Positions 8,326 to 17,560 of a stretch of 64,000 bases of DNA are shown here, piece after piece. The stretch comes from an uncultured Lachnospiraceae bacterium (lineage in GTDB: Bacteria; Bacillota; Clostridia; Lachnospirales; Lachnospiraceae). The number at the start of each line of letters is the position of its first letter. The first letter of the stretch is position 1. The DNA lies in NCBI GenBank assembly GCA_910587095.1, contig CAJUMJ010000041.1, positions 30,028-94,027 on the forward strand. Reading direction: 5' to 3'. The position numbers and the translations under genes were made by a program. The notes below the pieces were generated by a model. The model did not search any database. It saw only the letters and a list, made by a program, of their open reading frames with translations, and was not told the DNA's origin.

Positions 8326-9387
8326 TCACCCCTTTTCGTTGTACACCGCGAGATCCAAATGCTGGAGCGTGGATACCGCCCCATTCTCATAAAGGAATAT
8401 GCCGGTCTTGCGAATCATGGCGTTGGTTTCATTTGTTTTCTCATCATTTAAGGCAAACTGCGTCCCCACCCGGGACAGGCCGATGGCGCCCACGCCCAGG
8501 TCGGAGAGATGGTACAGCTTATCCTTTCCTTCCTCATCCTTCGTCCAGATTAAAAGCTTCTCCCATATCGGGTCCGCCTCATCGATCCAGCCGTTGCCGT
8601 CCGAATCATAGCGGGCAAGATCCTTAAAGCCGTCGCCGCTCTTCGTTCCGAAAAGCTCGCTGCCGTCGTTAATCTGCCCGTCGCCGTTCAGGTCGAGAGC
8701 CAAAAAGCCGCTGCCCGCCTGTAAGCTTGAGATTTCCTCCTCCTCACCGTCACAATCCAGGTCAAAGAAAAACTTCTGATCGGAAACCTTCGCGATATTG
8801 GTATCGAGATTAATCACCAGAGGATCCTTAAAGGTCGAGATGGATGTGACGACATTTTCCTCAAAGTACTCTTCAAACCTGCGGCTCATGCCAAATTCAA
8901 GGTTGAAGGACAGCTCCCTCCCGTCCGCGGTTTTCACCGTACCCTGAGTGGAAAAAGTCGTGCTTTCCTCCTCCATGTGATAGTGCTGCATCTGATAGCC
9001 TTGTACCGAGAACATGGTGCTTCCGCCGGCTGCTGCCACAGGGTTCGTCTGCGCGCTCCCGTTCCTGCGAAAACCGGCCAAAAGCTCCAGCAGAAATTCT
9101 ACGCACTGCTGTTTGATGGTGCGCACTGCCTCCTGTGGATCGTTTCTCGAGGGAATATGCCACCCGCCGGCCATATTCCGCATATGTGTGGAGAGATCCT
9201 GAAGGTTCGCTTCGCCCTTCCCCTCCCCGGCAGTCATCTCCCCTGTGCCAGGCTGATTTCCGAAAAGAGAATTCAGTCCGTCTTTTCCGCTCGCAAAAGT
9301 ACCGCCTACAAATCTCGCGCTCGTTTTCGTTACAGATCGATAAGTTCTGGAGGACTGCATTCCGATCGTACCGGATTCAATAATCAA
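8326..9387 (-). CDS. Hypothetical protein with three DxDxDG-type calcium-binding loops
   Basis: The loops are DLDCDGEEE, DLNGDGQINDGSELFG and YDSDGNGWIDEAD. No N-terminal hydrophobic signal is visible. The start codon is uncertain (TTG). Confidence 0.5.
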   Translation of the reverse strand: MIIESGTIGMQSSRTYRSVTKTSARFVGGTFASGKDGLNSLFGNQPGTGEMTAGEGKGEANLQDLSTHMRNMAGGWHIPSRNDPQEAVRTIKQQCVEFLLELLAGFRRNGSAQTNPVAAAGGSTMFSVQGYQMQHYHMEEESTTFSTQGTVKTADGRELSFNLEFGMSRRFEEYFEENVVTSISTFKDPLVINLDTNIAKVSDQKFFFDLDCDGEEEEISSLQAGSGFLALDLNGDGQINDGSELFGTKSGDGFKDLARYDSDGNGWIDEADPIWEKLLIWTKDEEGKDKLYHLSDLGVGAIGLSRVGTQFALNDEKTNETNAMIRKTGIFLYENGAVSTLQHLDLAVYNEKG

Positions 9388-9608
9388 AGTTCCCTCCTTC
9401 TGTCTTTGACCGCCCTCTATGCCTGCCTGTGCACCAGACGACGCCTTCCCTGACGTCCGGCAATAGAAAAGACAGCACTTCTATGGAAATTCCTTTTCCC
9501 TAAAAATACCGTCCCTGGTCTAAACATCATTCAAATTCCAGCGGATGAAAAACCCCGGCCATGGGCTCTTTCCCCTGTATTTTATATATCGGAGCATTTT
9601 CAAAATAC

Positions 9609-10601
9609 TTAACCCTTCGCCTCATTCCTCTGGATATAAGCCGCGTACATGCTGCTGATCTGGCTTTCGTCAAGCACATGCGTCCAGATATGTACCTCGT
9701 CATAGCTGGCCCTGAACAACTTGTCATAGCAGCTAATCCCTAAATATGCCTTCACATTTTCCGCATCCATATTGAGCTTTGACACTTCTCCCGATCCGAT
9801 CAGCTCGCTGTTGAGATAAAGGTATCCCATGGCTCTCCCTTCCTCCAGATCAGAGGCAGAATCGTCCACGCAGATTGTGATATAGTTCCACTCATTCAGG
9901 TAGATACATTTTTTGTGATCCATGGAGGGGCGCACCTCACAGGAATTATTGAAAACCGCGTCGATGGTATTAAAAACCGGCACGACATCCTCCCCCTCCT
10001 CCGTCGTCTTTTTATTAAAGGAGAGATAGCTCTGACTGCCTCCCACATCCATCAGATAGGAGCCAATCATCAGAAACGGCGACCAGTCGACCATTTCATC
10101 CGCGCGAAACCAGAAAGAGATAGTGTAGGATCCGTTTAACGCCCCCACACCCGAAAGCTGCACGCCGTAGCTGCCGTCCAGATAAAGCGCGTCTCCCTCA
10201 ATCCCCTCCGTAAACAAAGGCAGAATATCCTCCGTTGTCTCCGGGTAGGTTCCATCGTTATGCTGTCCCTCGTCACCCGTTCTCGTCACCACAGCCGCAT
10301 CGCTCAGTTTGCCGTTGAAGGAAAAGCTGAAATCCGCCTTCGGCACATTGCTCAAAAGAACATCGTTGACAATCTCCTTGGAAGAATCCACTTCCGGCTT
10401 TTCGGGCGTAAGCTCCGGCAACGCCACCGTTGCCAGCGCCTCCCCCGGAGCGCCCCCGTCTCTCCCGCTCATATTGCTTTTTTGTTGTGTCCTGTTGTGA
10501 AAAGCCCCATAAATGAGGGCAGCCGCCACAAGCAGGATGATTATAATCGAGGCAAGGGGGCGCAGCAAGCCCCCCGTCTCCTTTTTCACTCCGTTATGCA
10601 T
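9609..10601 (-). CDS. Membrane-anchored LamG/concanavalin-A-like lectin-fold protein
   Basis: N-terminal TM helix. The C-terminal pattern (SFWF...WNYITI...YDEVHIW) is typical of LamG jelly-roll proteins. Confidence 0.55.
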   Translation of the reverse strand: MHNGVKKETGGLLRPLASIIIILLVAAALIYGAFHNRTQQKSNMSGRDGGAPGEALATVALPELTPEKPEVDSSKEIVNDVLLSNVPKADFSFSFNGKLSDAAVVTRTGDEGQHNDGTYPETTEDILPLFTEGIEGDALYLDGSYGVQLSGVGALNGSYTISFWFRADEMVDWSPFLMIGSYLMDVGGSQSYLSFNKKTTEEGEDVVPVFNTIDAVFNNSCEVRPSMDHKKCIYLNEWNYITICVDDSASDLEEGRAMGYLYLNSELIGSGEVSKLNMDAENVKAYLGISCYDKLFRASYDEVHIWTHVLDESQISSMYAAYIQRNEAKG

Positions 10602-10631
10602 AGTTCCTCAATATCAATTCGACTTAATTGG

Positions 10632-12929
10632 TCAATCCACCCTGTTATAATTAATGAGACACCCTTTCAAAATAATCTGTCTCTCCTCATCCGTCAATTC
10701 CCCTACCGTCATGGTGAAAGGCACGAGCGTTTCATCCTGCAAAGACACCTTGTACGCCTCTATCGTGTCGGCTTTCTCCTCCACCGCTTTGCGGATGCCC
10801 GGGAAAAACAGATAGTCCAGATTTCCGAAAGGCAACTCTCCCGCCTCGATCAGAAATGGCAGCATTCCCCAGTTAATCAGATTGGAGCGGTATCTCTTGG
10901 TCGCGTACTCATTGGCGATATTCGCCCAGCCGCCCAGCACCTTCTGGCAGCTTGCCGCCTGCTCTCTGGCGGAACCGTCGCCCGGTTTCACCGCAAAGAT
11001 CGTGGAGCCGAACCCGGTATTTTCATGTGACGCGTCCGCAAAAGTCTTCCTGACCACGTTCATCACCGGCTTCACGTCCTGATGCGCCTCACAGGGGTGT
11101 TCCCCCTGCATTCTGGCTTTCTCCGCCCTCTGGATATCCTTGGCCCGCCCCACATATTCCGGGTCCTTTCTGGAAAGCGTAAACTCCGCAAGCCCCAGCG
11201 GATTGGAACGATAAGAGGAAGTTTCCCCGGAAGGAATCAACTCGTCCGTCGTGGTGACGGGATCATGGATCTCCGATACCACCCGCAATACCAGATTTTC
11301 AGGCAGAGCGCCCATAGCAGGCCAATCCTTGATATTCGGCCCAAACTGAATCTCCACGCTCTCATCCGCCACTCCCTTGGAATCGAAGACACGATTCTTA
11401 TAAATGTTGGCGTCAAAGTGATATTTATATTTGACGATTTCCCCGTCATATTCTGTGGCAGGCGTAAGTATTCCCTTATTCGCCGCCGTAGCCGCGATAG
11501 ATCTGGCGTCCATGAGCGCCACGGAAGATATCTGACCGTTTTGCAGTTTCGATCCCTCCCTGTTGGGGAAGTTTCTGGTGGAGTGCCTGATGCTGAACGC
11601 ATTGTTGGCAGGCGTATCCCCCGCACCGAAGCATGGCCCGCAGAACGCCGTCTTAAGCACCGCACCCGTCTCCAAAATAGCCGCCGCGCATCCATTCTTA
11701 ATCAGCTCCATGTACACCGGCATGGAAGCCGGATACACGCTCAGGGTAAAGCCGTCTGAACCGATGTAGGAGCCCCGCAGAATATCGGCCGCCGCACAGA
11801 TATTCTCAAATCCGCCGCCCGCGCAGCCCGCGATAATGCCCTGATCCACCATAAATTTACCGTCCACCACCTTATCCTGTAAAGAATAAGGCACCGCGCC
11901 GTCCAGACTTACCTTGGCCCGTTCCTCCACGTCGTGAAGCACATCCGAGAGATTAGCGTTCACCTCGTCGATCGTGTAAGTGTTGCTCGGATGGAAAGGC
12001 ATGGCGATCATGGGACGGATCTTCGACAAATCCACCTGGATCATGCCGTCGTAATAGGTGATCTCCCCCGGATTTAACTCCTTATATTCCTCTTTCCTGC
12101 CATGGACAGCATAAAAATCTTTTATCTGCTCGTCCGTCCGCCAGATAGAGGACAGACAGGTTGTCTCCGTAGTCATCACATCGATGCCGATACGGAAATC
12201 CGCGCTCAAAGAGGCAACACCCGGCCCGACGAATTCCATCACCTTATTTTTCACATAACCGTTTCCGAATACCGCGCCAATGATGGCTAAAGCCACATCC
12301 TGCGGCCCGACGCCCTTCACCGGCTCGCCCGTCAGATACACGCCTACCACGCCGGGCATATTGATATCGTAGGTCTGTGACAAGAGCTGCTTTACAAGCT
12401 CCGGCCCGCCCTCGCCCATAGCCATTGTGCCAAGCGCGCCGTATCTCGTGTGAGAGTCCGAGCCTAGAATCATTTTTCCGCCGCCCGCAAGCATCTCCCT
12501 CGCGTACTGGTGTATCACCGCCTGATGCGGGGGCACATAGACGCCGCCGTATTTCTTGGCGCAGCTAAGGCCAAACATATGGTCGTCCTCATTGATCGTA
12601 CCGCCCACCGCGCACAGGGAATTGTGGCAGTTGGTGAGCACATAGGGAATGGGAAATCTGGTCAGCCCCGAAGCCCTCGCCGTCTGGATAATCCCCACAA
12701 ACGTAATGTCGTGGGACGTCAGTTTATCAAATTTAATCTTTAATTTCTCCATGCTGCCGGAGGTGTTATGCTCTGCCAGAATGCCGTAGGCAATCGTACT
12801 CTTTGCCGCTTCGTTTTGGGAAATCTCCCGTCCTGTCTTATTCTTAATCTGTGCTGCGGCATCCGCGCTGTCAGGGATGATTTCCGTCCCGTTTAGCAGA
12901 TACGCGCCGCCCTGTGTCAATTCAATCAT
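10632..12929 (-). CDS. Aconitase-family hydratase (aconitate hydratase-like)
   Basis: GSDSHT motif, a CGPCFG cysteine cluster and a C-terminal swivel-domain pattern. Start moved to the ATG at 12929, which is preceded by GGAGGAG. Confidence 0.8.
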   Translation of the reverse strand: MIELTQGGAYLLNGTEIIPDSADAAAQIKNKTGREISQNEAAKSTIAYGILAEHNTSGSMEKLKIKFDKLTSHDITFVGIIQTARASGLTRFPIPYVLTNCHNSLCAVGGTINEDDHMFGLSCAKKYGGVYVPPHQAVIHQYAREMLAGGGKMILGSDSHTRYGALGTMAMGEGGPELVKQLLSQTYDINMPGVVGVYLTGEPVKGVGPQDVALAIIGAVFGNGYVKNKVMEFVGPGVASLSADFRIGIDVMTTETTCLSSIWRTDEQIKDFYAVHGRKEEYKELNPGEITYYDGMIQVDLSKIRPMIAMPFHPSNTYTIDEVNANLSDVLHDVEERAKVSLDGAVPYSLQDKVVDGKFMVDQGIIAGCAGGGFENICAAADILRGSYIGSDGFTLSVYPASMPVYMELIKNGCAAAILETGAVLKTAFCGPCFGAGDTPANNAFSIRHSTRNFPNREGSKLQNGQISSVALMDARSIAATAANKGILTPATEYDGEIVKYKYHFDANIYKNRVFDSKGVADESVEIQFGPNIKDWPAMGALPENLVLRVVSEIHDPVTTTDELIPSGETSSYRSNPLGLAEFTLSRKDPEYVGRAKDIQRAEKARMQGEHPCEAHQDVKPVMNVVRKTFADASHENTGFGSTIFAVKPGDGSAREQAASCQKVLGGWANIANEYATKRYRSNLINWGMLPFLIEAGELPFGNLDYLFFPGIRKAVEEKADTIEAYKVSLQDETLVPFTMTVGELTDEERQIILKGCLINYNRVD

Positions 12930-13163
12930 ACTCTCCTCCATGTCTGTGTGATTCTTTCCGCGTTTCTCCATTTATAACTACCAAAATTATTATAAAGGAT
13001 AAGTGCCGCAGGTGCAACACACTTCCCAATAACCCTTTGAATATAGCCAAACAAAAAATGTCGATTTCCCGCCCCAAATGCCAATCTATACAAATAAATT
13101 TTATTGCGCCTCCTTCTATTTGCTGCTATGCTTTGTTCATGTATACAGAAAGAAGGTTCTGAA

Positions 13164-14138
13164 ATGAGTGTTCCACAGACAATAAACGGTTTAATGAGGC
13201 ATTTAAGGAATGATTGCAACATTCAAATTAGTGGCAGTTACCAAAAACAGCAATTGATCAGTTATGGTTACTATCATGGATATAAAGGATATCGTTTTGT
13301 AAAAAACAGACACAATCAAATCCCATATACAGATTTTAGTGAAGTAGTTGCTGTAATTGAATATGACAACAACTTAAAATCAGCATTGTATTCTGACTTG
13401 ATGTTTATCGAAACTGCTATAAAAAATATTGTCTGCAATGAGTCTGCAAATGGTTTAAAGCTCGGCACATTTGAACATATCTATAAAGAACGTATGTGCG
13501 ACAACACTACAAATACCAAATTACAATCCAAGCGGCTTAGGCTGCGAAACTCTGTTTATTCAAAGTTGTCCACTCGTTACCATGATGAAGAAGGCAGTGA
13601 TAACCAGATGATTCGTCATTTTTATAACCGTGGAGAAGATGCTCCTTTATGGGTTGTTTTCGAAATATTATATTTAAGTGACCTTGCAAGCTTTTTTGAA
13701 TGTTTAAACGAATCGGTGAGAGAACACATCATGACGCAATTAGGCATGTTTGATATTTCCATTGATACAAACAGAAATCTGCTCAGCAGCATGCTGTATA
13801 CCATAAAATCACTCCGCAATTCCGTTGCCCATAATAATATAATCTTTGATACCAGATTCAAAGACAGGAAGATCAGCCCCGTACTTAAAAAGTGGATTGA
13901 AAAAGAAACCAGCATACAAAATATCACCTTATATTCGCTGATTGACTACATAATCATCGTATGTTGTATGCTGAAACGTGTCGATTTTAGTTCCACAAGA
14001 GCAAAGCAACTGGTACATGCCTACAAAAGTCAAAACCAGCTTCTTCAAAACAGCGTTGCATCTGCAATTTACGCACAAATTATACCGCAAAATGTCAACC
14101 AAAAGATAAACGTTTTGGAAACCTACCTCAATACATAA
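13164..14138 (+). CDS. Abi_2 family abortive-infection protein (AbiD/AbiF-like)
   Basis: YGYYHGYKGYRF N-terminal signature and an LRNSVAHNN (R-x4-H, HEPN-type) motif at 13815-13832. The gene is strongly AT-rich compared with its neighbours. Confidence 0.8.
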   Translation: MSVPQTINGLMRHLRNDCNIQISGSYQKQQLISYGYYHGYKGYRFVKNRHNQIPYTDFSEVVAVIEYDNNLKSALYSDLMFIETAIKNIVCNESANGLKLGTFEHIYKERMCDNTTNTKLQSKRLRLRNSVYSKLSTRYHDEEGSDNQMIRHFYNRGEDAPLWVVFEILYLSDLASFFECLNESVREHIMTQLGMFDISIDTNRNLLSSMLYTIKSLRNSVAHNNIIFDTRFKDRKISPVLKKWIEKETSIQNITLYSLIDYIIIVCCMLKRVDFSSTRAKQLVHAYKSQNQLLQNSVASAIYAQIIPQNVNQKINVLETYLNT

Positions 14139-14231
14139 ACGTTGTGACAGCCAAGATTTGTCTTGCATTTTTTCGGTTTATACTGTATATTATAGATATT
14201 GAAAGAGGTGTATGTTTTAGGACTGCACTGG

Positions 14232-14258
14232 GGGAGTCACTCTGTGGCTCCCTTTTAT
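14232..14258 (+). terminator. Rho-independent terminator candidate downstream of the Abi gene
   Basis: GGGAGTCAC-TCT-GTGGCTCCC stem (one G-U pair) followed by TTTTAT. Confidence 0.5.
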
Positions 14259-14355
14259 GTTGCTCATCTCCAGAACAGCCTTTGCCTATATCGCTCATAT
14301 CCACACCTCCTTCCACCTGCTTTCTATGCAGAAGCATCCTTACCGCTGCTGAAAA

Positions 14356-15711
14356 TCACTCTTCCACATACTTCATATAATACCCGTAATCCTCCGTCTT
14401 ACAGTTCACCCGCATCCGCACGCCGTCCTGCGCGTACTCCGTCGAAAATACCACTGCGTTCTCATTCAGATAAGAAACCGCCCTGCCGTCCGTGTAGGGA
14501 ATGAGGAGCGTACACTCCTTATACCCGCCGGAAAGCTTCTCCTCGATCAGGCAGACCAGCTCCTCCATCCCTATCCGCTTTTTGGCGGACAGATAAATCG
14601 AGTCGCCAAGGCAGTCTTCCAAGGTTGATCCGCCTTCCCCATTCGCCTTTGGCACCACCGGCAAATGCGCCGCAAGCTGCGCCTCCTCCACACCGGAAAG
14701 TCCCGGCAGCGCGTCCGGGGAAACCAGATCCGACTTATTATAGATATAAAGCATGGGAACGCCGTCCGCATGGAGCTTTTTTAACGTCTCATTTGTAACC
14801 GCAATTTGTTCTTTATAATGCTCGTCGCTGTAATCTACCACCTGCAAGAGAAGATCCGCTTCCTTTGCCTCCTCCAGCGTGGATTGAAACGCCTCCACCA
14901 GATTGTGCGGCAGTTTATGGATAAAACCTACCGTATCCGACAGCAGAAACGCGTGGTGCTCCGGGGGCGCGATCTTGCGCACGGTCGTGTCGAGCGTGGC
15001 AAAGAGCATATCTTTCTCCATCACATGCTTTTCCGCTCCCTCCCCCTCGTCCGGGCCGAAAAGGTCAATCATGGCGTTTAAAAGCGTGGATTTTCCAGCG
15101 TTTGTATAGCCCACCAGCGCAACCCTCGGAAGTCCTGACTTCACGCGGCGTTTTCTCTGCGTCTCTCTCTCGTTTCCCACTTCCTTCAATTCCCGGCGAA
15201 GTTCCGAGAGCCTCTTTTCCAGCACGCGCCTGTCCAGTTCCAGTTTCGTCTCGCCGGCCCCCCTGTTACTCATGGAGCCGCTTGCGCCGCCCTGACGGGA
15301 GAGCGCCGCGTGAAGTCCGACAAGCCGGGGCAGCATATACTGTAATCTCGCCACCTCCACCTGCAGTTTCGCTTCACGGGATCTCGCCCTTTTTGCAAAG
15401 ATATCCAGGATCAGCGCGCTCCTGTCCAAAATCGGCTTCTCCAGTCTCTCCTGTAAATTCCGCATCTGCATCGGGGAGAGCGAGTTGTCGAAAATGATCA
15501 CATCCACGTCCAGCTCCCGCGAAAGGAGCCTCACCTCATCCACCTTCCCCGTACCGATATAGAAAGCTTTGTGCACTGTCTCAAGCGTCTGGGAAGTTAC
15601 GCCTGCCACCTCCATATCGCAAGCCCCGGCCAAAGCCCCAAGCTCTTCCAGAGAGGTCAGATAATCCTCCCCGTCATTCAAATTCGCACCAACCAAAAGC
15701 ACCCGTTCCAT
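14356..15711 (-). CDS. hflX: GTPase HflX
   Basis: [12 protein letters not shown] (G1) and DTVGFI motifs with the HflX N-domain pattern. Start set at the ATG 6 nt after GGAGGG. Confidence 0.9.
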   Translation of the reverse strand: MERVLLVGANLNDGEDYLTSLEELGALAGACDMEVAGVTSQTLETVHKAFYIGTGKVDEVRLLSRELDVDVIIFDNSLSPMQMRNLQERLEKPILDRSALILDIFAKRARSREAKLQVEVARLQYMLPRLVGLHAALSRQGGASGSMSNRGAGETKLELDRRVLEKRLSELRRELKEVGNERETQRKRRVKSGLPRVALVGYTNAGKSTLLNAMIDLFGPDEGEGAEKHVMEKDMLFATLDTTVRKIAPPEHHAFLLSDTVGFIHKLPHNLVEAFQSTLEEAKEADLLLQVVDYSDEHYKEQIAVTNETLKKLHADGVPMLYIYNKSDLVSPDALPGLSGVEEAQLAAHLPVVPKANGEGGSTLEDCLGDSIYLSAKKRIGMEELVCLIEEKLSGGYKECTLLIPYTDGRAVSYLNENAVVFSTEYAQDGVRMRVNCKTEDYGYYMKYVEE

Positions 15712-15725
15712 GAACATCCCTCCAT

Positions 15726-15870
15726 GATTCCGCTGTGCGGAATCTTAAAATCCACGGATGAGCAAGCTCATCCTGGAGAATGCCGCTTTTCAGGCATTCT
15801 CCTGAGTGAGACTTAGTACTTCCTGGCGTCCCGTCCTATGGCGGGACGTCTTTGGAAGTACTTCTCACTC
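15726..15870. repeat. Array of four consecutive perfect hairpins (element A) between hsp70 and hflX
   Basis: Three simple hairpins lie at 15726-15744, 15756-15773 and 15775-15802. A compound hairpin at 15804-15870 overlaps the hsp70 stop codon with its right arm. None has a U-tract. Confidence 0.75.
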
Positions 15871-17559
15871 GATTCTTTCCAATTCTTTCAGAAACTCCCG
15901 AAACGCCTCCTTCGCCCGCTCGATCGCGCCCGGCTCATAGGAATCGAGAGCCTGCTCGTACTTATGCAGCTCCTGGGCGATCATATACCGTTTATCCCCC
16001 AGGCTCTCCTCATAGATCCGTTCGCCCAACAGAAGGAGATACTTGTTTTCCTCCCTGTCCCTTGGATGGATTTTCAGGTAGGACAAAGTCTCAAACCGCT
16101 CCGCAATCTCCTCCGGCGTCATATCCGCATTTTTGCCGCCAAAAACCTGCTTTTCATGCTTTCCGGTGGAAACCACCTTCACCTCCACCTCCAAGATGGA
16201 ATTGATGTCGTAGGTGTAGGTCACATCCACGGCCTCTTCACCTGCCGGGGCGGACGGCACCTCAATATTGAGCTCTCCCAACGAAAGATTATTGCGGGCG
16301 AAGCGGCTCTCCCCCTGCAGGACATTGACCCTTATTTTTGTCTGGTCATCCCGCACCGTATAAAGCCGCTCCGTGCGGCTGGCGGGAATAACCGTATTTC
16401 TCTCGATAATGGGACAGAACACGCCGTTCTCAAAAAAGCCTTTCTCCCACTCTCTGACCACCTCCGTGCCAAGCGTAAAAGGACAGACGTCCGTGAGTAT
16501 GACCTCCCTGATCGCTTCCTTTCTCTCCTTCATGGCTCCCTGAATGGCCGCGCCAAGCGCCACCGCCTCGTCGGGATTGATGTTGGTGTCCGGGATTACA
16601 CGGAACAGCTTACTCACAAACCGGCGGATCACCGGGCTCTTAGTCGCCCCTCCCACCAGTACCACCTTGTCTATATCCGCAAGCCGGATATGCGCGTCGG
16701 AGAGGCTGCGCCGCACGGGCTGTCTGATCTTGTCCAAAAGTTCCTCGCAGGCGTGTTCATAAGCCGGAAGCTCCACCTTCAATGAATACACTTCCTCGCC
16801 GATTTTACAGTCCATTGAAGAACTCTTCCCCTCCGAAAAGCCGATCTTGCACTTGTCCGCCTGCTTGTGGATGTGGCGCAGGGTTTTTGCGTCCAGCGTA
16901 AGTCTGTCAAACTGCGGATACTTTTCAAAAAACATTTCTTCCAAAACCGCCGTGAAATCCTCGCCGCCCAGGAAATTGTCTCCTGCCACGGCGCGCACCT
17001 CCAGGATGCTGTCGATCCGTTCCAGAACCGACACGTCGAAAGTACCGCCGCCCAGGTCAAACACCAGAAAACGCATATGCCCCTGGCTCTGATACAGACC
17101 GTAGGCGATGGCCGCCGCCGTAGGTTCGCTGATGATCCGTTCCACCTTAAGCCCTGCCAGTTCCCCGGCTCTTCTGGTGGCGCGCCGCCTCTCGTCATTA
17201 AAATAGGCCGGTACACTGATCACCGCTTCCGTCACGGGCTCCCCGAGAAAAGTCTCCGCATCCTCCTTAAGCGCCCGCAGCACGAAGGAAGATAGTTCCT
17301 CCGCCGTAAAACTCTTGTGAAGAAGATTAAACTTCCTGCCGCTTCCCATGTCCCGCTTGAATACGGAGGCCGCGCTGCCCGGATAGAGAAGTCCTCTCTC
17401 CACCGCCAGATCTCCCACGTAAATCTGCTCCTCCTCATCCATGCTTATCACGGAAGGAGTAAGCCGTTTCCCAAGCCGGTTCGGTATGATCCGCGGCCCC
17501 TCCTGCGTAAAATAAGCCGCCAGACTGTTCGTTGTTCCCAAATCAATTCCTATGATCAT
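15865..17559 (-). CDS. Hsp70-family chaperone, short HscC-like form
   Basis: IGIDLGTTNS and DLGGGTFD motifs. At 564 aa the C-terminal lid is shortened. Confidence 0.85.
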   Translation of the reverse strand: MIIGIDLGTTNSLAAYFTQEGPRIIPNRLGKRLTPSVISMDEEEQIYVGDLAVERGLLYPGSAASVFKRDMGSGRKFNLLHKSFTAEELSSFVLRALKEDAETFLGEPVTEAVISVPAYFNDERRRATRRAGELAGLKVERIISEPTAAAIAYGLYQSQGHMRFLVFDLGGGTFDVSVLERIDSILEVRAVAGDNFLGGEDFTAVLEEMFFEKYPQFDRLTLDAKTLRHIHKQADKCKIGFSEGKSSSMDCKIGEEVYSLKVELPAYEHACEELLDKIRQPVRRSLSDAHIRLADIDKVVLVGGATKSPVIRRFVSKLFRVIPDTNINPDEAVALGAAIQGAMKERKEAIREVILTDVCPFTLGTEVVREWEKGFFENGVFCPIIERNTVIPASRTERLYTVRDDQTKIRVNVLQGESRFARNNLSLGELNIEVPSAPAGEEAVDVTYTYDINSILEVEVKVVSTGKHEKQVFGGKNADMTPEEIAERFETLSYLKIHPRDREENKYLLLLGERIYEESLGDKRYMIAQELHKYEQALDSYEPGAIERAKEAFREFLKELERIE

Positions 17560-17560
17560 G

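Noticed and set aside
12930-12971. Longer N-terminus for the aconitase-family gene (and similar upstream extensions for hflX, the TPR/J-like gene, pncB, the amidase fusion, MBOAT, DHHW and others in the ORF track)
   Set aside because: In each case an internal ATG is preceded by a GGAGG-type Shine-Dalgarno at 5-9 nt, whereas the longest-ORF start is not. The coordinates were trimmed accordingly, but they remain predictions.
12930-14355. Integrated mobile element or prophage remnant around the Abi gene
   Set aside because: I could find no integrase, transposase, tRNA target or flanking direct or inverted repeats. Only the compositional anomaly supports horizontal origin, so it is reported as an islet, not as a mobile element.
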